DNA of 64,000 bases, from NCBI GenBank assembly GCA_016699995.1, contig CP064996.1, positions 266,357 to 330,356 of the forward strand, read 5' to 3'. The position numbers were made by a program, and so were the translations under genes. The stretch is from a bacterium. Lineage in GTDB: Bacteria > Patescibacteriota > Doudnabacteria > UBA920. Of this stretch, positions 9,046-19,602 are shown one piece after another. Position 1 is the stretch's first letter. Each line of letters starts with the position of its first letter. Under the pieces are notes generated by a model that ran no database searches, had not been told where the DNA came from, and worked only from the letters and a program-made list of their open reading frames with translations.

Positions 9046-10287
9046 TTGTCAATAAAAACGCTCCAAACTGAATTAAAAAACCTTAAGGATAAGCGAGTTT
9101 TGCTCCGCTTGGATTTAAACGAGGAAATCGACGCAAGAGGGAAATTGGTTGATAATTTTCGCATTGAATCCGCTTTGCTTACCATTAGGAAGTTAGTAAA
9201 AGCAGGAGCAAAGATAATCATCGCCTCTCATCTTGGACGGCCGGAAGGCAAATGGGACAAGGCATTGTCTTTAAAGCCTATTGCCGAGTGCTTGGCGGAA
9301 TGTTTAAAGTATAAGTTTGTAGAAACGGAGGATAGTTTGCCGTCTTATAAAATTCCGCATGTGATTTTATTTAAAAAGCCTCTCAACAAACGAGGGGTGG
9401 CTAAGTTGTTAGGTGATCAGTCCGCGCACGATATAGTGATGTTAGAAAACATCCGTTTTTATGAAGGCGAAGACAATAACTCGCCGGAATTTGCGGAGCT
9501 ACTCTCTAAATTCGCCGATTATTATGTTAATGATGCATTCAGTGTCACTCATCATCCAGCTAGTTCCATAGTGGCTATTACAAAAAGATTACCTAGCAGC
9601 GCCGGACCTCTTTTGGAGAAAGAGATTAAATCTTTGGATCATGTGCTTAACGGTAATATCCGCAAGCCATTTGTTCTGGTAATGGGCGGTATAAAAATTG
9701 AAGATAAAGCAAAGACATTGCGCAACCTCAGCAGGCGGGCCGATAAAGTGTTATTGGGAGGGGGATTGGCTAACTTATTTCTATGCGCGCAGGGATATGA
9801 CATAGGTAAAAATAATATTAGCAAAGCGAGCTTAGCTATCGCCAAAGAGTTGCTGTTGAACCTTAAATCAAAATTAATCTTGCCGGCAGATGTAGTTGTT
9901 CTCTCTTCTAAATCGGCAACCAAAGGCAAGGCTCAGGCAAAGAAAATTACTGATGTCGGAATAACAGATCAAATTTTCGATATTGGCCCCCAAACTATTT
10001 TGTCCTACAGCAAGGAGTTAAAGCAGGCCGGTACTATCTGCTGGAACGGGCCTTTAGGTTATTTTGAAGACAAAAAGTTCCGAGCTGGGACGATGTCGCT
10101 TGCTAAAGTCGTCGGTGGTCTTGGCAAGCGCAAGGCTTATGCTTTGGCTGGCGGCGGGGAAACCGTTGCCGCGATTCGCTTAGCCGGACAACTGGAGCAT
10201 TTTGACCATATCTCCACCGGCGGAGGTGCGATGCTGGAGTACTTGGCTGGCGAGAAGCTGCCGGGTATAGAGGCTTTAAAAAAATAA
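9046..10287 (+). CDS. pgk: phosphoglycerate kinase
   Basis: RLDLN and ASHLGRP motifs. The ORF track starts at a TTG; the start is not well defined. Confidence 0.92.
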   Translation: MSIKTLQTELKNLKDKRVLLRLDLNEEIDARGKLVDNFRIESALLTIRKLVKAGAKIIIASHLGRPEGKWDKALSLKPIAECLAECLKYKFVETEDSLPSYKIPHVILFKKPLNKRGVAKLLGDQSAHDIVMLENIRFYEGEDNNSPEFAELLSKFADYYVNDAFSVTHHPASSIVAITKRLPSSAGPLLEKEIKSLDHVLNGNIRKPFVLVMGGIKIEDKAKTLRNLSRRADKVLLGGGLANLFLCAQGYDIGKNNISKASLAIAKELLLNLKSKLILPADVVVLSSKSATKGKAQAKKITDVGITDQIFDIGPQTILSYSKELKQAGTICWNGPLGYFEDKKFRAGTMSLAKVVGGLGKRKAYALAGGGETVAAIRLAGQLEHFDHISTGGGAMLEYLAGEKLPGIEALKK

Positions 10288-10343
10288 TGAGCTCTGTGAA
10301 AGTTGCCCAAAAAAGCACAATAGGAAATATAGTTTAAGAACAA

Positions 10344-11594
10344 ATGTCTGCAAAAATTACTAAAATAAAAGCGCGTCAAATTTTGGACAGTCGGGGTAAT
10401 CCAACCGTAGAGGTTACGGTTTTTTCTGGCAGCCACTTTGCGGTCGCTTCTGTGCCAAGCGGTGCTTCTACTGGCAGTCATGAAGCAGTAGAACTGCGCG
10501 ACGGCGGCAAGCAGTGGCGCGGTCTTGGCGTGGCCAAAGCCTGCCGCAACATCGAAAAGATTATTTTTCCTTTGTTAAAAAATGTATCGGTATTCGACCA
10601 GGAAGAAATTGACCGGCTGATGATAAATAAGGATGGTACCGTTAACAAATCAAAACTGGGAGCGAATAGCATTTTAGGGGTTTCCTTAGCTATTGCGCGG
10701 CTTGCGAGTCAATTAAAAGGGCAGTCACTTTATTTTTATCTGGCCAAAATTTACGGCTTTAAGAAGTTATCGATGCCTACGCCCTTGCTAAATGTCATTA
10801 ATGGCGGTTTGCATGCCGATTCTGGGACAGATGTTCAGGAATTTTTCTTCATACCCAAGCGCGGTTCGTTTTCTCAAAAGATCGAAATGGGGAGCAATGC
10901 TATCAATGCGCTCAAGCATATTTTGGCGTCCAAGAAATTATCCGTGGGTTTGGGAGACGAAGGCGGCTTTGCCCCAAAAATTTATTCTAACGAGAAAGCT
11001 TTGCGTTTGCTAACGGCCGCTGTTCATAAGTCTAAGCTGCAATTGGGGAAAGATATTGCGCTTGGAATTGATGCTGCAGCCAGCGAATTTTACGATATCG
11101 ATAAAGAGCTTTACAGCCTTAATTCCGACAAAAAGCATTATAAACCGGCCAGCATTCATCAGTTATATGCTAGCTGGGTAAAGAGGTTTGGCTTAGAAAT
11201 AATTGAGGATGGCTGTAGCGAGGATGATTTTACAGGTTGGCAGAATCTAACCCGGGTTTTGGGTTCGACCGTGACATTAGTTGGTGATGATTTGTTTGTA
11301 ACCAATCCGGCAAGACTGCAGGCTGGTATTATTGCCGGAATTGCCAATAGCGTATTGATCAAAGTTAATCAGATTGGCACTTTGTCCGAAACGATGGCAG
11401 CCATTAAGATGGCGAAAAAATTTAATTATAAAATAGTTATCTCTCACCGTAGCGGCGAAACGACTGATGATTTTATTGCCGACCTGGCAGTTGCTACCGC
11501 AGCCGACTATATTAAAGCTGGCAGCTTAGCTCGCGGAGAACGTTTGGCAAAATATAACCGGCTGTTGAAAATTGCCGAGGAACTGAAAAAATAA
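10344..11594 (+). CDS. eno: enolase
   Basis: ILDSRGNPTVEV and SHRSGETED motifs. Confidence 0.95.
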   Translation: MSAKITKIKARQILDSRGNPTVEVTVFSGSHFAVASVPSGASTGSHEAVELRDGGKQWRGLGVAKACRNIEKIIFPLLKNVSVFDQEEIDRLMINKDGTVNKSKLGANSILGVSLAIARLASQLKGQSLYFYLAKIYGFKKLSMPTPLLNVINGGLHADSGTDVQEFFFIPKRGSFSQKIEMGSNAINALKHILASKKLSVGLGDEGGFAPKIYSNEKALRLLTAAVHKSKLQLGKDIALGIDAAASEFYDIDKELYSLNSDKKHYKPASIHQLYASWVKRFGLEIIEDGCSEDDFTGWQNLTRVLGSTVTLVGDDLFVTNPARLQAGIIAGIANSVLIKVNQIGTLSETMAAIKMAKKFNYKIVISHRSGETTDDFIADLAVATAADYIKAGSLARGERLAKYNRLLKIAEELKK

Positions 11595-11806
11595 TGGTGG
11601 AGCTTGGAATTTACAAACACTATAAGGGCGGATTGTATAAGGTAATCGCCAACGGGCTGATAGAAAGCACGCAGCATCCCGCGGTGATTTACGAAGCGAT
11701 GTACGATAACCCTAAATCTAAAATTTGGATCAGGGAAGAAGCCGATTTTTTAGCAACCGTAGAAGTCGACGGGCAAAGGGTTGCCCGCTTTACAAAACAA
11801 GATTAG
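11594..11806 (+). CDS. DUF1653 family protein
   Basis: YKHYKGGLYKV motif typical of DUF1653. Overlaps the enolase stop by one nt. Confidence 0.65.
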   Translation: MVELGIYKHYKGGLYKVIANGLIESTQHPAVIYEAMYDNPKSKIWIREEADFLATVEVDGQRVARFTKQD

Positions 11807-11826
11807 AAATTTGTTCATATATATTA

Positions 11827-13437
11827 ATGGCAAAGACTTATAAAAAAATTGTATTGGTAGTGCTGGATGGTTTTGGAGTAGCTACTTACAGTCACGGCAA
11901 TGCCGTGGCTTTGGCTAATCCAGAAGCAATGAATGACATGATAGCCCACTATCCGTCTTTAACGCTGCTGGCTTCTGGGCCGGTAGTCGGTTTGCCCTGG
12001 GGGGAAGTAGGGAATTCGGAAGTGGGGCATTTGAATATGGGCGCCGGCCGGGTGGTTAGCCAGGACCTTCCGCGCATTAACGCGGCGATTTCGAATCATT
12101 CATTTTTGTCAAACGAAGTTTTTTTGCAGGCTATCGAGCACGCTAAAAAATACAATTCCAAGCTGCATTTGGTAGGGTTGGTAAGCGATGGCGGTGTGCA
12201 CAGCAGCAGCGAGCATCTGTATGCATTACTTGGTATTGCTGCCGAACAAAACTTTAAAGAAGTATATATCCATATGATTACGGATGGTCGCGACACAGGT
12301 CCGAAAGTGGCTTTGGATAGCATTGCTAAATTAAAGGAGCGCATTGCCCGGGAGGGCGTAGGGAAAATAGCAACCATAGCCGGGCGTTTCTATGCCATGG
12401 ACCGCGGACAGCACTGGGACCAGACAGAGTCTGCCTACCGCGCCATGGTAAAAGGCAGCGGCGCAGCGGCAGATTCTCCAGAAGACGCAGTGCTTAATAA
12501 TTACAACCAAAACATTTTTGACGAAATGATTCCTCCGACCGTAATTGTCTCGCGCGGGGATGACGGCAGCATAAAGCCCACGGCTGTTGTTTCTGCCAAT
12601 GACGCCGTGATCTTTTTTAACTTCCGATCCGACCGCGCTTTGCAGCTGACTACCGCGTTCGTTCAGCCTGATCAGATGAACATCGAGAAGAAGCACCCGC
12701 AGATAGAAAATCTGTACTTTGCAACCATGACAGAATATTTCAAAGGCTTGCCTGTGCACATTGCCTTTGCGCCAGATAATGTCAAAAACAGCTTAGCCGA
12801 AGTTTTGGCAGCTAATAAGATTCGCCAGTACCATATTGCAGAGAGTGAAAAGTACGCTCACGTTACATCATTTTTTAACGGCGGAATTAGCTCGCCTTAC
12901 CCTAATGAGGAGCGCACGATTGTGCAAAGCCCGATCAACGATAAAAATTATGTAGACCGGCCGCAGATGTCGGGAATCGAATTGGTAGACAAGCTTGTGC
13001 AGAAAATCGAAAAAGAAGATTACCAGTTTTATTTGGCCAATTTTGCCAACTCCGACATGGTGGGTCATACCGGCAATTTGGATGCAGCTGTAAAGGCTGT
13101 GCAATATTTGGATCGTTTCTTGGAACAGATTCGCCGCGCGGTTTTGAATGTCGATGGCTTGCTGATCATCAGCGCTGACCATGGAAATATAGAAGAAATG
13201 ATTGATCGAAAAACTGGCGGTATAAATACTGAGCACACCACCAGCCCGGTGCCTTTCATTGCTGTGGCCAAAGACCTAATGTTTGCTCAAGCCAAGAACC
13301 GCAATTATTTGTCGCTGTCCAGCATGATGCCTTCCGGCGTAGTTTCGGATATCGCTCCGACAATATTGGAGTTTTTCGGCATAACTAAACCCCCGGAAAT
13401 GAACGCCGTAAGCCTAGTAGAGCAAATTAGAGGCTGA
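11827..13437 (+). CDS. gpmI: 2,3-bisphosphoglycerate-independent phosphoglycerate mutase
   Basis: VLDGFG and ADHGN motifs. The start is moved to MAKTYKK (ATG at 11827) rather than the upstream in-frame extension that overlaps DUF1653. Confidence 0.9.
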   Translation: MAKTYKKIVLVVLDGFGVATYSHGNAVALANPEAMNDMIAHYPSLTLLASGPVVGLPWGEVGNSEVGHLNMGAGRVVSQDLPRINAAISNHSFLSNEVFLQAIEHAKKYNSKLHLVGLVSDGGVHSSSEHLYALLGIAAEQNFKEVYIHMITDGRDTGPKVALDSIAKLKERIAREGVGKIATIAGRFYAMDRGQHWDQTESAYRAMVKGSGAAADSPEDAVLNNYNQNIFDEMIPPTVIVSRGDDGSIKPTAVVSANDAVIFFNFRSDRALQLTTAFVQPDQMNIEKKHPQIENLYFATMTEYFKGLPVHIAFAPDNVKNSLAEVLAANKIRQYHIAESEKYAHVTSFFNGGISSPYPNEERTIVQSPINDKNYVDRPQMSGIELVDKLVQKIEKEDYQFYLANFANSDMVGHTGNLDAAVKAVQYLDRFLEQIRRAVLNVDGLLIISADHGNIEEMIDRKTGGINTEHTTSPVPFIAVAKDLMFAQAKNRNYLSLSSMMPSGVVSDIAPTILEFFGITKPPEMNAVSLVEQIRG

Positions 13438-13453
13438 GCTTAAATGATTTATC

Positions 13454-13478
13454 CCGCAACTCGCAGTTGCGGTTTTTA
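13454..13478 (+). terminator. intrinsic terminator after gpmI
   Basis: CCGCAACT-cgc-AGTTGCGG stem followed by TTTTT. Confidence 0.7.
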
Positions 13479-13497
13479 GTTATGCTATTATTGTTGT

Positions 13498-15333
13498 ATG
13501 GCTAAACAATGGCAACTAAAAAACACCGTACCTGAAGAAATTTTGGAGCAATTTCCGGAAATTTCGCCTTTGCAAACCCAATTACTCTATAATATTGGTC
13601 TTTCTGATCCTGACCGAGTCGATTGGTTTTTAAATCCCGATTATCACAATCTGTACGACCCTTATTTATTTGGGGAAATGCGCACTGCTGTGGACCGCAC
13701 CTGGCAGGCGATTCAAAGACAGGAAAAAATCCTTATTTATGGGGATTATGATGCCGATGCGGTAACTGCTAATGCGGTGTTGCATCAGACTTTTCGCTAC
13801 TTAGGGGTAGATGTGGAAAGCTATATTCCAGACCGTTTTACAGAAGGGTATGGGCTCAATTTGGAAGCTTTTCAAAAAATCAAAGACCAAGGAGTAAAAG
13901 TAGTCATTACTGTTGATTGTGGCACTAATTCTGTAGAGGAAGCCAAGTTTTGCAAAGCTAACGGCATAGATTTGATTATTACGGATCACCATGAAATCAC
14001 CGGCGATATTCCGGAAGCTTTTGCACTGGTAAACCCAAAAAACCCCAACGAGCTGTACCCGGAAAAGCAGATTACCGGAGTCGGCGTAGCTTATAAGTTC
14101 GCCAAAGCTTTATTGTCGGAACACGAAAAGGTGATCGAACAAAAGCAGATTCCGCCGGAGAAATATAATTCTGAATGGGATAAGTGGCTACTCGATTTAG
14201 TTGCCATCGGCACAGTCGCGGATTGTCACTCGCTGCTTGGGGAGAATAGAATTTTAGTAAAGTTTGGCTTGAAAGTATTGTTAAACACCCGCTGGCTCGG
14301 CCTGCGCTTATTAATAGATAACGCCGGTCTGGATTTTATTAAAAACCCGCCGGATTCTGTCACGATCGGCTTTAATATTGCGCCGCGCATTAATGCTGCC
14401 GGGCGCTTGGAGCATGCCGATATCGCGCTCAAGCTATTAACCACTACTGATTATGCAGAAGGAATAGACTTAGCTAATCGCATCGAAGAAATCAATCGGC
14501 GCCGCCAAGATATTACCGCCCGAATAGTTTCTGAAGCCAAAGAAAAAGCCGCGCTAATTAGCGATCGGAAATTTTTGGTCCTAGCCGATAATGCCTGGCC
14601 AAAGGGAGTAGTGGGGATCGTAGCCGGCAAACTGTCTGATCATTATAAAAAACCAGTTATCATCATGGAGAAAGGCGAAACAGAGAGCACTGGATCCGCG
14701 CGCACCGCTCGCGGTTTTGATGTGATCTCTGCCCTGATTGCAGTAAAAGACAACATCAAAAAATTTGGCGGCCATAAAGAGGCAGCCGGCCTAACTGTAG
14801 AGAATGACAAATTTGATCAGTTCTATATGGAGCTATTAAAGTATACCGATCAGCATTGGCCGGAAGATCTTCCGCCGGCAATTATCGAAATTGACGCCGC
14901 ACTGCAGGAAAAGGATCTAAATTTTGAACGTTATGCAGAAATAGAAGCGTTCGAACCTTATGGTGCCGGCAACCCAAAACCAAAGTTCATGCTTGATAAC
15001 TGTACGGTAATGTCATATCGATTAGTTGGCGCAAACAGCCAGCATTTGCAGCTGACGGTGTTATGCAACGAGACTATGCTGGACTGTATAGGATTTAGCA
15101 TGGGTTATCTATTTGCCCAGATAGATGCCGGAAAGGAAATAGCTATTGCGGGAGAATTGATGGTGGACACCTGGAATGGCACTAAGAAATTGAAAATGCG
15201 CTTAATTGATGTCAAAATAAAGGAAGAGCAAATTGTCCAAGCAGTAGAAGCAGAGACTCAGGCTCCTGCAGAACAACAAATTACTAAAGAACAAAATGAC
15301 CCAATCCCAACAACACAAGAAATTATGGCTTAG
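13498..15333 (+). CDS. recJ: single-stranded-DNA-specific exonuclease RecJ
   Basis: DHH motifs DYDADAVT and ITDHH. Long acidic, Q-rich C-terminal tail. Confidence 0.88.
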   Translation: MAKQWQLKNTVPEEILEQFPEISPLQTQLLYNIGLSDPDRVDWFLNPDYHNLYDPYLFGEMRTAVDRTWQAIQRQEKILIYGDYDADAVTANAVLHQTFRYLGVDVESYIPDRFTEGYGLNLEAFQKIKDQGVKVVITVDCGTNSVEEAKFCKANGIDLIITDHHEITGDIPEAFALVNPKNPNELYPEKQITGVGVAYKFAKALLSEHEKVIEQKQIPPEKYNSEWDKWLLDLVAIGTVADCHSLLGENRILVKFGLKVLLNTRWLGLRLLIDNAGLDFIKNPPDSVTIGFNIAPRINAAGRLEHADIALKLLTTTDYAEGIDLANRIEEINRRRQDITARIVSEAKEKAALISDRKFLVLADNAWPKGVVGIVAGKLSDHYKKPVIIMEKGETESTGSARTARGFDVISALIAVKDNIKKFGGHKEAAGLTVENDKFDQFYMELLKYTDQHWPEDLPPAIIEIDAALQEKDLNFERYAEIEAFEPYGAGNPKPKFMLDNCTVMSYRLVGANSQHLQLTVLCNETMLDCIGFSMGYLFAQIDAGKEIAIAGELMVDTWNGTKKLKMRLIDVKIKEEQIVQAVEAETQAPAEQQITKEQNDPIPTTQEIMA

Positions 15334-15727
15334 CACAGACGGCGGCGCGCGCGGCAACCCGGGCCCGGCCGCTCTTGGTTTTGTTCTCAAAGACGAACAA
15401 GGCCATGTTGTTATGGAGCACGGTCAGTATTTAGGTGAAACCACAAATAATGTCGCAGAGTATTCTGCTCTAATAGAAGGGTTGAAAGCTGCAGCCGTGT
15501 TGGGCGCCGTTGAAATTGATATTGCTATGGACTCCGAGCTTATCGTTAAGCAAATGAGCGGAGAATATAAAATAAAACAGCCTCATCTGCAAGAATTGGC
15601 TGTCCAGGTAAAAAGGCTGTTAACGGATTTTGATAAATATGAGTTTAAGCACGTGCTGCGCGCTTACAACAAAGACGCGGATCGTATGGTTAATCATGCA
15701 ATTGATAAAGCGTTGGGAATCAAATAA
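15296..15727 (+). CDS. rnhA: ribonuclease HI
   Basis: TDGG.RGNPGP motif with the catalytic D/E/D pattern. Overlaps the recJ 3' end. Confidence 0.85.
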   Translation: MTQSQQHKKLWLSTDGGARGNPGPAALGFVLKDEQGHVVMEHGQYLGETTNNVAEYSALIEGLKAAAVLGAVEIDIAMDSELIVKQMSGEYKIKQPHLQELAVQVKRLLTDFDKYEFKHVLRAYNKDADRMVNHAIDKALGIK

Positions 15728-15729
15728 AT

Positions 15730-17028
15730 TTAATTATTTACAACTATAGTGTAAAGCGTTTGATCAGCTAGAATAACTAGCTGATTTTCGTTTCCGCTTA
15801 GGGCCATGTCGGCAATTGCGGCATCCTTAAATATATTGTATTGGTTTTGCCCGTTGCGCTTGTCTATTTCTATGGCGGTAGCATTGTTTTCAATGGCAAT
15901 AAATCCGTATCCTAATTCCGGAATCACGAAGGTTCTGGTGATGGTAGCAGTCGAACGGTGGAAGAGTTCTGGCAAGCCAGAAGCAAAATTGTAAAAGTAT
16001 ATCTCGGCCGGTGTTTTATAGGTGAGCTGTTGGCGAACAGCGTTAAACGAAACTTGTTCGACTTGGTTATTGATTAATTCAGGCCGGTTATTGATGCGGA
16101 AAAGCGAGCGGTCTACCTTTAAAAACAATTCTTTGTGAGCAGTCAGATACAGCTCAGTGTTTTTACCGTTCTCAATGGCTCCGGCAAATAGAATATTTTG
16201 CAAAGATAAAGTTTCTCCATCCCATAGATAAGTTTCTATTCCATTGGTTCCCGGGGTGGCGATGTAAACAGTGTTGCCATTGGTGGTGAAGGCCCGAATA
16301 TTTTTGGTTACCAATCGAGGCGCGTTGGAAGAGGCGATGGTGTAGGCTAGCAATTCGGTATCGCGTTGGATGAGCAAGTCTTGATTGGAGATAAGCTCAA
16401 TGTTCTGGCTAAGAATTAGCTCTTCAGGGAGCTCGGTAAGAATGAGAGTACGTACATCCAATACATATAATTTTTCTTGGCCGGTCCTGGCCAGAATGAA
16501 ATTGTTGTTTAAAGCTTTGCCTAGATGAGTTATGCCTTGCTTGAGCTGGGCGGTTCGGGTAACCTTCTGTTCATTCAAGCTATAGACAGTGGCTGTGCCG
16601 TTGCTCTGTGTGTAAATTAAGTTGTTGTCTACAACCTGCATGGCAATCACTGCGCCATCAGTTATTTTCACAGGCTGCTGATCGGGCAAGAGTTTTACTG
16701 AGTCATTTAGATGGCCGGCATAAGTGACTTTTCCAGCTTCAATGAATAGTTCTTTGCGCCAGGTGTGGTATCCGGCTTTTTTAACTTCCAGGGCATAATT
16801 GCCTTGTTTGATGAATCGAACCGTTGACGGTGTGTTGTCGACTGGGTTTCCATTCAATGTAACCTGAGCATCGCTAGGTTCGCTTTGGATGTCCAATATT
16901 CCCGTACCGTTAGAAAAATCGTTAAAGCTAAAATTCCTCCCGCTTACGTAAAGCACGATAAGCGGGGCCAGAGCCAAAAATACTATAAAGATGAAAACTA
17001 GAATTAAATAGCGGGTTGTTTTGTCCAT
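15730..17028 (-). CDS. membrane-anchored PEGA-domain protein with beta-propeller-like C-terminal region
   Basis: N-terminal TM. YALEVKKAGYHTWRKELFIEAGKV matches the PEGA fold signature. Convergent with rnhA with only 2 nt between the stop codons. Confidence 0.55.
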   Translation of the reverse strand: MDKTTRYLILVFIFIVFLALAPLIVLYVSGRNFSFNDFSNGTGILDIQSEPSDAQVTLNGNPVDNTPSTVRFIKQGNYALEVKKAGYHTWRKELFIEAGKVTYAGHLNDSVKLLPDQQPVKITDGAVIAMQVVDNNLIYTQSNGTATVYSLNEQKVTRTAQLKQGITHLGKALNNNFILARTGQEKLYVLDVRTLILTELPEELILSQNIELISNQDLLIQRDTELLAYTIASSNAPRLVTKNIRAFTTNGNTVYIATPGTNGIETYLWDGETLSLQNILFAGAIENGKNTELYLTAHKELFLKVDRSLFRINNRPELINNQVEQVSFNAVRQQLTYKTPAEIYFYNFASGLPELFHRSTATITRTFVIPELGYGFIAIENNATAIEIDKRNGQNQYNIFKDAAIADMALSGNENQLVILADQTLYTIVVNN

Positions 17029-17099
17029 TTGTCTTTTAATTATAACAAATCTGCGAATTTATTGCTGGTTTATGAGTTTGGATATAAAATATAAGGACT

Positions 17100-18401
17100 A
17101 TGTCTATATCTTCCCACGACGACAAATTTATCATCACCGGCGGCCAGCAGCTGGGCGGAGAGATTTCTGTCCGTGGCGCTAAAAACGCCGCTCTCAAGGC
17201 TTTGGCAGCCAGTTTGATTTTGGACGAACCGTCCAAGATTTTAAACGTGCCAGATATAGAAGATATTAGCCGGCTGGTAGAAATTATGGAAGATATAGGA
17301 GTGGAAATTTCTAAAGATGGCGCTGATTACACTATTAGCAATCCAAAAATTCTCAAGAGCCATATCGAACCTCATCTTCACCAAAAAACCCGTTCGTCTA
17401 TGATGCTGGCGGCTCCTATCTTAATGCAGCATGGCGAAGTAACTTTTGCTTACCCTGGAGGCTGCGTAATTGGCAACCGCCCGATTGATTTTTTTCTGCA
17501 AGGATTTAGGGAGTTTGGCATCGAAGTAGAAGATCACGATAACGGTTATACTTTAAAAGCCAAGCAGTTGCGTCCGGCAAAAATAGTCTTTACCCGCATT
17601 AGCGTTACAGGTACAGAAGCTATGATGATGCTGGCTTGTAAGACGCCAGGACGAAGCGAGATTATCAATGCTGCAATGGAGCCTGAAGTTGTAGCCTTAG
17701 CTGAGTTTTTAAATTCATGCGGAGCTAAAATTTCCGGTATCGGTTCGCCTCATTTAGTTATCGACGGGGTAGAGAAGCTCAATGGGGGAGAATACATCAC
17801 TATCCCTGATCGTATCGAGGCAGGAACTTTTGCGATTTTAGCAGCTGCCACCAACAGCGAAATCACTGTCACTGGAATAAATCCTAACCACTTGGAAGTA
17901 CTATGGCAGTTCTTTAAGCAGATCGGCATTAATTTTTCTTTGTCCGAAAACAGCGTAACTGTTAAGCCGGCAACAAAACCTCTGCAGGCAATTCGGAAAG
18001 ACATAGTCACTCATGAATACCCTGGTTTTCCTACAGACCTGCAGGCGCCAATGACTGTTCTAATGACCCAGGCGCAAGGCTCTTCGCTTATCTTTGAAAC
18101 AATTTACGAAGGCCGATTATTTTATATAGATAAACTTAATTCCATGGGCGCAAATATTTTCATGGCCGACCCTCATCGCGTTATGGTTAATGGCCCGACC
18201 AGATTGAACGGCAAAAAAATCAGCTCGCCAGATATTCGCGCTGGCATGGCGATGGTAATAGCAGCTCTCATTGCAACCGGAGAAACGGAGCTGGATAATA
18301 TTTACCAGATCGACAGAGGGTACGAAAGAATAGAAGAACGCCTTCAGGCGATTGGCGCAAAAATTGTCCGCGTAGCAGCGTTGCCCGAACCCCTTAAATA
18401 G
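17100..18401 (+). CDS. murA: UDP-N-acetylglucosamine 1-carboxyvinyltransferase
   Basis: GAKNAALK motif and the catalytic Cys loop (PGGC.IG.RP). Confidence 0.93.
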   Translation: MSISSHDDKFIITGGQQLGGEISVRGAKNAALKALAASLILDEPSKILNVPDIEDISRLVEIMEDIGVEISKDGADYTISNPKILKSHIEPHLHQKTRSSMMLAAPILMQHGEVTFAYPGGCVIGNRPIDFFLQGFREFGIEVEDHDNGYTLKAKQLRPAKIVFTRISVTGTEAMMMLACKTPGRSEIINAAMEPEVVALAEFLNSCGAKISGIGSPHLVIDGVEKLNGGEYITIPDRIEAGTFAILAAATNSEITVTGINPNHLEVLWQFFKQIGINFSLSENSVTVKPATKPLQAIRKDIVTHEYPGFPTDLQAPMTVLMTQAQGSSLIFETIYEGRLFYIDKLNSMGANIFMADPHRVMVNGPTRLNGKKISSPDIRAGMAMVIAALIATGETELDNIYQIDRGYERIEERLQAIGAKIVRVAALPEPLK

Positions 18402-18412
18402 GCTAAAATGTA

Positions 18413-19426
18413 ATGTATATGTTCGAAAACAAGATTGGAATCGACCTAGGCACAGCCAATGTATTGGTGCATGTTCCTAAGCGAGGAATTATTATCAACG
18501 AGCCGACTGTAGTGGCAATTTCGGTGGACGACAACCGTGTTTTAGCTGTGGGTCAGGAAGCCAAAGAAATGCTCGGCCGCACCCCAGAAACTATCATTGC
18601 CAACCGTCCGATGCGTGACGGCGTAATCGCCGATTATCGCGTGACCGAAGCCATGCTTCGATATTTTATTAACAAGGCCTTAGGAAAGGTGCGCTTTTTC
18701 CGTCCCGAAGTAATGATTAGCGTGCCAGGCGGCATTACCTCCACAGAACGCCGCGCGGTAATCGATGCGGCTCGCAGCGCTGGCGCCAAAACTGCTTTCG
18801 TAATTAAAGAGACCGTGGCTGCGGCCATCGGGGCAGGCATTCCTATTTCTTCCGCTAGCGGCAACTTGATTATCGACATGGGGGGCGGCACTACCGACGT
18901 AGCTGTGCTTTCGCTTGGTGGTATTGTCAATTCAACTTCTGTGCGTGTAGCCGGAAATAAAATTGACGCGGCGATTATAGAATACATCCGCAAGAAGCAT
19001 GGCTTAGCGATTGGGGAGCGAACTGCGGAAGAAATTAAAATCAATATCGGAAGCGCTTTGGCCTTGCCGGAAGAGGAAGTGATGGAAATCAAAGGCCGCG
19101 ATAACGTAAGCGGTCTGCCTAAAACCGTCACCATTTCTACTAACGAAGTTGTCGAGGCCATTCAAGAAGAATTGAAAGGTATAGTCAAAGCGGTAAAAAC
19201 AGTGTTGCAAGACACTCCGCCAGAATTAGCCAGCGACATTATCGATAAAGGCATGATCATGACAGGCGGCACCGCTCAGCTGCGCAATTTAGACCAATAT
19301 ATTTCTAAAGCGGTCGGCGTACCTTGCTACTTGGCCGAAGAGCCCTTGCTCTGTGTAGCTAAAGGAACAGCTATAGCGCTGGACCACTTAGATAGTTACA
19401 AGAAGAGCATTCTCAGTATTAAATAA
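18413..19426 (+). CDS. mreB: rod-shape determining actin homolog MreB
   Basis: IGIDLGTAN, DMGGGTTD and MTGGTAQL motifs. Confidence 0.93.
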   Translation: MYMFENKIGIDLGTANVLVHVPKRGIIINEPTVVAISVDDNRVLAVGQEAKEMLGRTPETIIANRPMRDGVIADYRVTEAMLRYFINKALGKVRFFRPEVMISVPGGITSTERRAVIDAARSAGAKTAFVIKETVAAAIGAGIPISSASGNLIIDMGGGTTDVAVLSLGGIVNSTSVRVAGNKIDAAIIEYIRKKHGLAIGERTAEEIKINIGSALALPEEEVMEIKGRDNVSGLPKTVTISTNEVVEAIQEELKGIVKAVKTVLQDTPPELASDIIDKGMIMTGGTAQLRNLDQYISKAVGVPCYLAEEPLLCVAKGTAIALDHLDSYKKSILSIK

Positions 19427-19437
19427 TTATTACAAAA

Positions 19438-19464
19438 TAAAACCGCGTATTGGCGGTTTTATTT
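19438..19464 (+). terminator. intrinsic terminator after mreB
   Basis: AACCGC-gtattg-GCGGTT stem followed by TTTTATTT. Confidence 0.7.
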
Positions 19465-19523
19465 AGATCTCGAAGGTATATTTAGAAGAAACCCGTCATT
19501 TGCATCATATCCGCATATGAATT

Positions 19524-19554
19524 CTTTTTCTAGAATTTGCTTTGTATGGTATAA
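19524..19554 (+). promoter_or_regulatory. sigma70-type promoter with extended -10 (TGgTATAAT)
   Basis: TATGGTATAATAAAT at 19541-19555, identical to the 15-mer at 22652. It lies about 48 nt upstream of the 19603 ORF. The -35 is weak. Confidence 0.5.
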
Positions 19555-19602
19555 TAAATTTACAGGTTCAATAGCAGAACTTAAGAAATAAATACAAAAA
19601 CA

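Noticed and set aside
11725-11826. Upstream in-frame extension of gpmI starting at 11725.
   Set aside because: It overlaps the DUF1653 gene and adds a non-conserved R-rich peptide. The conserved iPGM N-terminus begins at MAKTYKK (11827).
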